Below, piece after piece: positions 57,969 through 64,000 of a stretch of 64,000 nucleotides of DNA. The notes beneath the pieces were generated by a model. It was not told where the DNA came from. It did not search any database and saw nothing but the letters and a program-made list of their open reading frames with translations. Location of the stretch: sequence record NC_010105.1; one strand, written 5' to 3'. Origin of the DNA: Escherichia phage JS98. Both the position numbers and the translations under genes were made by a program. Each line of letters opens with the position of its first letter. Position 1 is the first letter of the stretch.

Positions 57969-57997
57969 ATAGTACCACATCCTTGTGGTGTTGTAAA
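57969..57997 (-). promoter_or_regulatory. T4-type early promoter
   Basis: Minus strand GTTTACA-17 nt-TACTAT. The leader is 34/37 identical to the one at 420-456. Confidence 0.65.
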
Positions 57998-60124
57998 CTA
58001 CATTTTGAATTTATTTGGTAAAGAAGAGATGTCCAAAGATGCAGCAAGGATTTCCATAGCCTCATTACTTTCTGAAACAGATTCTGAAACTAGGAATTCT
58101 TTAAACCCGTTCATCAATTTAACTTCACCGGTTTCCATCAGATGGTCACCATCGTAAACGGACTCACTGAGTTCTGAAGGAGATGTCACTGTAGCTTCCA
58201 TAAGGTATTTGTGAGATACTCTATCATTCATAGCAAAAGCCGCTACTTTATCAACCTTCAACAATAATCCTCGCGGAAGGATAATTTCTGCTTCTTCGGA
58301 ATATTCTGTAAGGTCACCAGGAGCGATAACTTTAACTGCTTCAGCACCTCGAATAACCATACCGATTTCAGCAATCCTGTCTGCAGGGCCTTCAGGTGCA
58401 ATTGGATTACCGAACTCGTCTTCTTCCCATTCTACCTCTTCATCATCAACTTCGCCTACATCAGATGAACTACCACTGGCTAATTTAAACAACTCATCAG
58501 CGGAGGATAAAGAACCTTCATCACCAACAAAAACTGCTTGGTTGTCGAGGGCCATATAATTTTTACCAAATTCGCCAAAGATATTAGGCTTTAATGAAGC
58601 AGACACAAAGTTCTTAAAGTAAAATGTTTTGTTATCAATATTATGGCGCAGAATTTTGTATGGTAAATCCTGACCACGATACAAAATAGTACCCTTAGGA
58701 AGTTTAATACCCTTGGTAAATGCTGAGTCTAAATCCTTAATCAATTTAATAGCTGTTGTATTGTTTTCGGATTCAGGTTTACCTAAAAGGAATAAGTTCA
58801 TAGGAGCATATTCAGCCGCACAATATTCAATAATGGCATTGCTTTCGTCTTTGGTCAAGCCCTTAGGTTTAATGAGCTCGCCTGAATAAGCATATGCATC
58901 GCTAATAGAATCGTTAATCAGTTTATAAACGGCTTCCATAGCGAAAGCAATTCGGGATGCTTTCTCTGAAGGAGACCCCTGAAAACGGGCACTCAGGTTA
59001 TTAACAATTCTCTTAATAATATCCAGACTATTGGTAGTATTGATTTGAGAAAGGCCACTTAAAAGTCTATCGACTTCCGTATTAAAAAATGCCATATTAT
59101 TAGAGTAAATTTCAAACCCTTGTTTATCTCTATTAGCATAATTTAGTTTAAATTTACTATCAGTCATTAAAGCGTGCGTGAGAGCAATGGTGTATCTAAA
59201 GTTGGCAAGGTCCTCACTCTTAGATTTAAACTGAGAGGCCTGACGCATTTTAGTAATAGCACCTTTTTTAAAGTTCTGACTAATCTGCTCAATACCTTCG
59301 TTCTCAGGGCCTTCGGCCGAGTGAACAGGGACAGAAGCTTCAAACTCGTTATAAACCTGCAATTCTTTAGGTGATAAAGTTTCAGGTTCGGCAGTAGAAT
59401 ACTGCGCTGCTGCAGCCATACGACGGGAAATCTTAGTACGAGAAATAACAGCCTTATCGGTACGTTTCTCTTCAACCTGTGCAATAGATGCTGCTACGGC
59501 TTCGACCTTACTTACAGCCTGGCCGGTTTTCTTAGAAACATAAACTTCACCGACTTTAGACTCAACCTTGGTATAAAGGTCCGCATCAATTTCAGGCATA
59601 CCCTTGATATCTTCGATATTAGTGCCACGACGTGCTAAAAGAACGTATGTATGTTTACCACTAAACTGGAACATATCATCGACAACTTTAAACTTACCAC
59701 CGGTACGGGCCATCGCCAAACGAGCTAATACACGCTGAACAGTAGGGCCTTTACCTTTCATTTTCTTGGTAGGGAAACGGAATAAAACCGCATCCATTTT
59801 AAGTTTATTTACTTGTTCGTATATCGTATCGAAAATAGTATTCAATGTACCAAGTGGGTCGGAACCAAGGCCACCTTTGAGTTCAGCCGGGGCACCCTTG
59901 CTCGACAAACTCATTAAAATAACATGGACATATTTGTCGCCTGGCTTAACCATTTTAATAGCGTCTCCTTGAGACGCATAAGATACCATACGAGCAACCA
60001 GGTTATCGTTACCCGGTGCATGGATAGAGAAAATCTGTGGAATACCGGAACCCGGTTTAAGATTTGTTACTGGATAGTTTTTAGCGGAATCACTATCAAA
60101 AACCTCGTTTAAATTTTCCATCAT
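57998..60124 (-). CDS. alt: Alt-type ADP-ribosyltransferase, copy 1 (708 aa)
   Basis: N-terminal and middle blocks match T4 Alt (ELFTKVESKVGEVY..K.TGQ.V.K.EA.AASIA). R-S-E ART triad candidates LYRGQ, FVSASL, EAEIILPRG. Confidence 0.9.
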   Translation of the reverse strand: MMENLNEVFDSDSAKNYPVTNLKPGSGIPQIFSIHAPGNDNLVARMVSYASQGDAIKMVKPGDKYVHVILMSLSSKGAPAELKGGLGSDPLGTLNTIFDTIYEQVNKLKMDAVLFRFPTKKMKGKGPTVQRVLARLAMARTGGKFKVVDDMFQFSGKHTYVLLARRGTNIEDIKGMPEIDADLYTKVESKVGEVYVSKKTGQAVSKVEAVAASIAQVEEKRTDKAVISRTKISRRMAAAAQYSTAEPETLSPKELQVYNEFEASVPVHSAEGPENEGIEQISQNFKKGAITKMRQASQFKSKSEDLANFRYTIALTHALMTDSKFKLNYANRDKQGFEIYSNNMAFFNTEVDRLLSGLSQINTTNSLDIIKRIVNNLSARFQGSPSEKASRIAFAMEAVYKLINDSISDAYAYSGELIKPKGLTKDESNAIIEYCAAEYAPMNLFLLGKPESENNTTAIKLIKDLDSAFTKGIKLPKGTILYRGQDLPYKILRHNIDNKTFYFKNFVSASLKPNIFGEFGKNYMALDNQAVFVGDEGSLSSADELFKLASGSSSDVGEVDDEEVEWEEDEFGNPIAPEGPADRIAEIGMVIRGAEAVKVIAPGDLTEYSEEAEIILPRGLLLKVDKVAAFAMNDRVSHKYLMEATVTSPSELSESVYDGDHLMETGEVKLMNGFKEFLVSESVSESNEAMEILAASLDISSLPNKFKM

Positions 60125-62212
60125 TTACCCTTGGATGAATTTTTCTGGTATGCCATAGAGGTCTATGCATGAAGCCAAAAGAGGCAGTACGTCAAACCGT
60201 GTAGATTTAACAAATGAATCAAAAGATACAGGGCTTTCGGAAGTATCGAAGTCATCTTGGTATACGACCAACTCACCAGTTTCCATTAGTACGTCACCAT
60301 CATACACTACAGATTCTTGAAGCTCATCTGATGTCATAACTTCAGCTTGAATAAATTTATTGTTAGACACCGCCCCAGAACCAGTATTGGCTGATGCATC
60401 CACGATTTTATCTATTTTTACAAGTAGCCCGCGTGGTAAAATTATTTCCTTTTCGTTGGCATGCATGCTTAATTGGCCAGGATAAATCACGTTAACCTTA
60501 TGAGCGCCACTAATAGCCCAGCCAACATCAACACGGATTTGATCCGGTGCATACATATGTGTACGCACTTGACTAGCCGAGATGGTAACGCCTTCGTCAT
60601 TATTATCAATGTTTAATTCTTTTCGAACATCATCGGAAGCAAGACCAATAGCCGCATTCTCTTTAAAGCCACCAAAAATGATTGGAGCCAATGAGGTTGA
60701 AACATAGTTTCTAAAATAGAATACCTTATTTTTAACTAATGCTTCGTAGATAGGCGCGCGCAAAGATTGTGCTCTATAAACCATTATTCCTTCAGGTAAA
60801 CGGTCACCATTTTTAAAGGCAGAATCCATTCCATCAATAGCACGTTTAACTTCGCTTTCGTCCAAAACTTCATAAAAGCCCGGTTTATAACGGCCAAGAA
60901 GGACATTGTTAATATCAATATAAGCTGAAGAGGCGTATTCTCTGATAGCTCGTTTTTCTGCAAGTGTATATTGTTTAGGGTCTCGAGATGTTGTTATATT
61001 AAGAATTTCTCTAGTTGATTCTATAGCGTATGTATACATTATCTTAGACAAGAATGAAGACTTACGTTGTTTCCATACTCTTTCACTGTTTTCATTCAAT
61101 ATCTCTTTTTCCAAATGGAAATTGTCTTTTCTATAATCTTCAAACCAATCACTTTTAATAGATTCTGCGATTTCATTAGCAGCTTCAACAAAGGCGGCTA
61201 AAGCTTTAACTGACGTGGTTTTTTCATTTTTAATTTTTTTGACAAATTTTTCTAAAGAAGAGTTAATTTTATCACCGTAAGAAACTTCATCCGCAAATTT
61301 AAATGAATCATCCATAGTATTATAAATTTTAAAATCAATAGCCGTAGCCAGCTTATCCTTAGCTGTTTCGGATGATAATGATAATTCAACTTCGGCTGCT
61401 TGTGGAATTAATTCCGCCGTAGCAGGCGCACTGAACTCATTGGCAGTTTGTTCATATTTCTGAAATAATTCACCTTCATTACGGTCTGCTTCTAATGACT
61501 GGCTTGCCGCAATCGCACGACGAGAAATCTTAGTCTTGGTTATAACCATTTTATCAGTGCGACGTTCTTCAACTTTAGCAATACTGCCGGCAATAGCGGT
61601 TTCTTTAGTAACCTGAGCGCCTTCTTTTTTAGAAATATAAACTTCACCAACATCAGAATCTACCTTAGTATATAATTCGGCATTAATTCCAGGCATACCT
61701 TTGATATCTTCGATATCAGCTTGTTTACGAACTACTAGGATATAAGTATGTTTACCGGTAAATTGGTACATGGCTGGAACTACTTTAAAACGTCCACCGG
61801 TTTTCTGTGCTACCAAACGTTGGATAATCCGTTGGACAATAGGTCCTTGTCCTTTCATTTTCTTGGTTGGAAAACGGAACATCACAGCATCCATACGAAG
61901 CTTTTTAACTTGTTCGAATACTACGTCGAAAATGGTATTAATAGCATCAATAGGAGTAGGGCCTAATCCACCTTTAAGTTCGGCTGGAGTACCTTTAGCT
62001 GATAAACTCATCAAAATAACGTGGGCATATTTATCACCTAATTTAACCTGTTTAATAGCATCGCCTTCAGAGGCATAAGATACCATACGAGCAACTAATT
62101 GGGATTCGGCGTCGCCAATCTTCCAAATCTGGGGTACTTTAAGTTTTGGGTTTAAGTTTACAGTAGGCAGGGTGCCTTCGGACTCAAACACCTCATTCAA
62201 TTGTTCGGTCAT
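60125..62212 (-). CDS. alt: Alt-type ADP-ribosyltransferase, copy 2 (695 aa)
   Basis: Collinear paralog of the adjacent gene. ART triad candidates VYRAQ, YVSTSL, EKEIILPRG. The central roughly 250 aa are divergent. Confidence 0.9.
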   Translation of the reverse strand: MTEQLNEVFESEGTLPTVNLNPKLKVPQIWKIGDAESQLVARMVSYASEGDAIKQVKLGDKYAHVILMSLSAKGTPAELKGGLGPTPIDAINTIFDVVFEQVKKLRMDAVMFRFPTKKMKGQGPIVQRIIQRLVAQKTGGRFKVVPAMYQFTGKHTYILVVRKQADIEDIKGMPGINAELYTKVDSDVGEVYISKKEGAQVTKETAIAGSIAKVEERRTDKMVITKTKISRRAIAASQSLEADRNEGELFQKYEQTANEFSAPATAELIPQAAEVELSLSSETAKDKLATAIDFKIYNTMDDSFKFADEVSYGDKINSSLEKFVKKIKNEKTTSVKALAAFVEAANEIAESIKSDWFEDYRKDNFHLEKEILNENSERVWKQRKSSFLSKIMYTYAIESTREILNITTSRDPKQYTLAEKRAIREYASSAYIDINNVLLGRYKPGFYEVLDESEVKRAIDGMDSAFKNGDRLPEGIMVYRAQSLRAPIYEALVKNKVFYFRNYVSTSLAPIIFGGFKENAAIGLASDDVRKELNIDNNDEGVTISASQVRTHMYAPDQIRVDVGWAISGAHKVNVIYPGQLSMHANEKEIILPRGLLVKIDKIVDASANTGSGAVSNNKFIQAEVMTSDELQESVVYDGDVLMETGELVVYQDDFDTSESPVSFDSFVKSTRFDVLPLLASCIDLYGIPEKFIQG

Positions 62213-62234
62213 AATAATTCCTCTTTAATAACCG

Positions 62235-62242
62235 TATTTATG
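62235..62242 (-). promoter_or_regulatory. possible late promoter (CATAAATA, 7/8) for the alt genes
   Basis: Near-consensus octamer 22 nt upstream of the ATG at 62212. Confidence 0.4.
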
Positions 62243-62248
62243 CCATAA

Positions 62249-62264
62249 AAGGCCCGAAGGCCTT
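62249..62264 (-). terminator. rho-independent terminator upstream of the alt promoter
   Basis: AAGGCC-TTCG-GGCCTT, then TTTATGG on the minus strand. Confidence 0.55.
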
Positions 62265-62433
62265 AAAGTGGTAGCAACGTACGATATACTTCGAATGTCG
62301 GGCCTTTTTCATAGCCGTCAAACACGTCTTTAAAATCGGCAAAAGCTATTTCATCCTCAAACTCTAGGATGATTTGAGAGGCCGCAGTGTTATTTGTGTT
62401 TGTTACAACAATTGTTTCTAAATAAGCTTTCAT
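62263..62433 (-). CDS. hypothetical small protein (56 aa)
   Basis: Start set to ATG 62433, 1 nt after the ligase stop. The longer track ORF would overlap gene 30. Confidence 0.45.
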   Translation of the reverse strand: MKAYLETIVVTNTNNTAASQIILEFEDEIAFADFKDVFDGYEKGPTFEVYRTLLPL

Positions 62434-62434
62434 A

Positions 62435-63958
62435 TTATAGTCCAGTTTGAGACCAATCACCAAATACATCTTCAAATGTATCAGCTTCAGTTTTATCGAA
62501 ACGCCAACCTTTAATAATTGGAAGGAAAATACCTACAGTATCAGTACGTCCTTTAGAATGAACCCAACCATTACATTCACAGTCAGCAATACGTCCAATC
62601 AACTTACCTTCACGAGCTTGTTTCATAAGAAGTTCACGGTCTAAATCAGGGCGGTCTTCTAATGGAATCAACACCTTTTTACCTGATTTATCTTTCTTAT
62701 GGGTAGTATCTTTAAAGCCTGAGCCGCAGTCACTTGTAATTCGACGACAACGTGATACCAACTCGACACCGCCAAGTTTGTTAGGGTCCTTCGAGTGTTC
62801 ATAATAACCTACCACTTCTAAAGCGATATCGATTACTTCTTTGAACTTGATAAGATTCTTAGAACGGCGGTTTTCCCAGTAGGAGTCCATGTTCTTAAGG
62901 ATAATACCTTCCAGGCCTTGGTCGACATATTTCTTATAAACGACTTTAGCTTCGTCAAGATTATTGACCCATTGGTTTTCGATAGCTTCAACACGCGTTG
63001 TACCATGCAATACGACATTATGAGCAACCATAAGTTCTAAGGCAGTAAAGCGTACATCGTACTTATCGCCTTTAATTTTACCTTCGGAATATACGACATC
63101 CAATGGGACATAATCCCACGCCTGTAACACCATACCTGCTGCTTCGGTTGGGGTAATAGTTCCTTGAAGAGCCTTGTTAGCCAACCCGTTTGAAGTAGAA
63201 CGATCGGCTACGGTTTGGAATTCCTTGGCTTTACTTAATTCAGGAAGTTCCTCATCAAACATACTAAACAAATCATTAGATGCTTTAGGTTCTACTTTAG
63301 GAGTGTGGTAAACTAATTCGCCATCAATCATAACACCATTAGGATGGCGCTGTCGAGCTTCTTCGGTCATGGCCATTAATTCGGCCGCCAAAAGATTAAG
63401 CCCTTGGTATTCATTACCACCACGAGTAAGGAATGTTACGCCATCGTTACGAACTTCAGCAAAACAACGAGCACCGTCAGCTTTTAATTGGGCGAACGCG
63501 GGCCATTTAATATTTTTCTTAATCAAATCTTCATCATAAGAACTAGCCAACATTTGAGGTTGTTCAGGGATTAAACCTTTCCAAACCTTGTTAGCAATAG
63601 AAATCGATGCACCACATTCAAGGTCACGCATCATTACGCGACGTAATACCTCAGCGTCAGGACCCTTGGCATCAGCAATAATTTGGGCAAGCTCTTCAAT
63701 AGCAGCATTACCCGTAATCTTACGGGTGGCTAATGTGAACTCAGCGAAATCAAGAAGGTCTTCAAGTGTAATCATACCAAAGGATTGAGACGTAAATCCA
63801 GGTTCAGGCCACTTTTTAATACCGTAGTTCAGACGACGGGTATAAGCCATACGATATACACGTTTCAGAAGCTCGTTATCCTTTTCACGAGCAATAATAG
63901 CTTCTTTAGCTTTAGTAGAATCAATAGAAGCAATTTCGTTTAAAATATCTAAAATCAT
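62435..63958 (-). CDS. 30: gp30 ATP-dependent DNA ligase
   Basis: MILDILNEIASI.STK.K.AI...KDNELLKRVY and the adenylation motif AQLKADGARCF match T4 DNA ligase. Confidence 0.97.
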   Translation of the reverse strand: MILDILNEIASIDSTKAKEAIIAREKDNELLKRVYRMAYTRRLNYGIKKWPEPGFTSQSFGMITLEDLLDFAEFTLATRKITGNAAIEELAQIIADAKGPDAEVLRRVMMRDLECGASISIANKVWKGLIPEQPQMLASSYDEDLIKKNIKWPAFAQLKADGARCFAEVRNDGVTFLTRGGNEYQGLNLLAAELMAMTEEARQRHPNGVMIDGELVYHTPKVEPKASNDLFSMFDEELPELSKAKEFQTVADRSTSNGLANKALQGTITPTEAAGMVLQAWDYVPLDVVYSEGKIKGDKYDVRFTALELMVAHNVVLHGTTRVEAIENQWVNNLDEAKVVYKKYVDQGLEGIILKNMDSYWENRRSKNLIKFKEVIDIALEVVGYYEHSKDPNKLGGVELVSRCRRITSDCGSGFKDTTHKKDKSGKKVLIPLEDRPDLDRELLMKQAREGKLIGRIADCECNGWVHSKGRTDTVGIFLPIIKGWRFDKTEADTFEDVFGDWSQTGL

Positions 63959-64000
63959 TTTACCGTCCTTACAGTTTGTGTACTTCTATTATAAGCTACT

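Noticed and set aside
63988-63993. TATAAT on the minus strand upstream of the ligase gene, as an early promoter
   Set aside because: It is plausible, but the -35 region falls beyond the right edge of the window, so it cannot be supported.

Overview
This window is a contiguous segment of a T4-like (Tevenvirinae/Straboviridae) myovirus genome. By direct comparison of the translations with T4 proteins as I remember them, it is collinear with T4. The order is: an ipIII-like gene, tRNA cluster, ipI locus, 57B(acb1)-57A-1-3-2-4 on the minus strand; then the plus-strand morphogenesis block 53, 5, 5.1, 5.4, 6-12, wac, 13-20, 67, 68, 21-24; then rnlB-hoc-inh (minus), uvsW-uvsW.1 (plus), uvsY-25-26 (minus), 51-27-28-29-48-54 (plus), and alt and DNA ligase 30 (minus). 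The core genes are ordinary. The unusual content lies in the accessory regions 1-9300, 41800-42200, 45800-46200 and 57600-62500. (1) Five small acidic paralogs sit in tandem and all end in W-x-S-S-S-x-x-Cys-COOH. They lie in an early operon that opens with a PspA-like coiled-coil protein and a 2-TM membrane protein. (2) Three proteins carry the T4 internal-protein capsid-targeting leader (MK[TS]Y.EF[IL].E), two of them at the hypervariable ipI locus next to acb1. (3) A late-expressed membrane-anchored gene is flanked by direct copies of a terminator/late-promoter cassette. (4) Gene 24 and alt are each tandemly duplicated. (5) The fibritin is enlarged and contains 93-bp tandem repeats. (6) The promoter grammar is readable: GTTTACA-type early promoters, MotA-box middle promoters sharing TATAATGGTCCTAGG (two of them antisense to late genes), and TATAAATA late promoters. 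There are three tRNAs (Arg-UCU, Asn-GUU, Met/Ile-CAU) and a structured rnaC/rnaD-like region. I saw no CRISPR array, integrase, transposase or homing endonuclease. All homology statements rest on reading the sequence and on memory, not on database searches.
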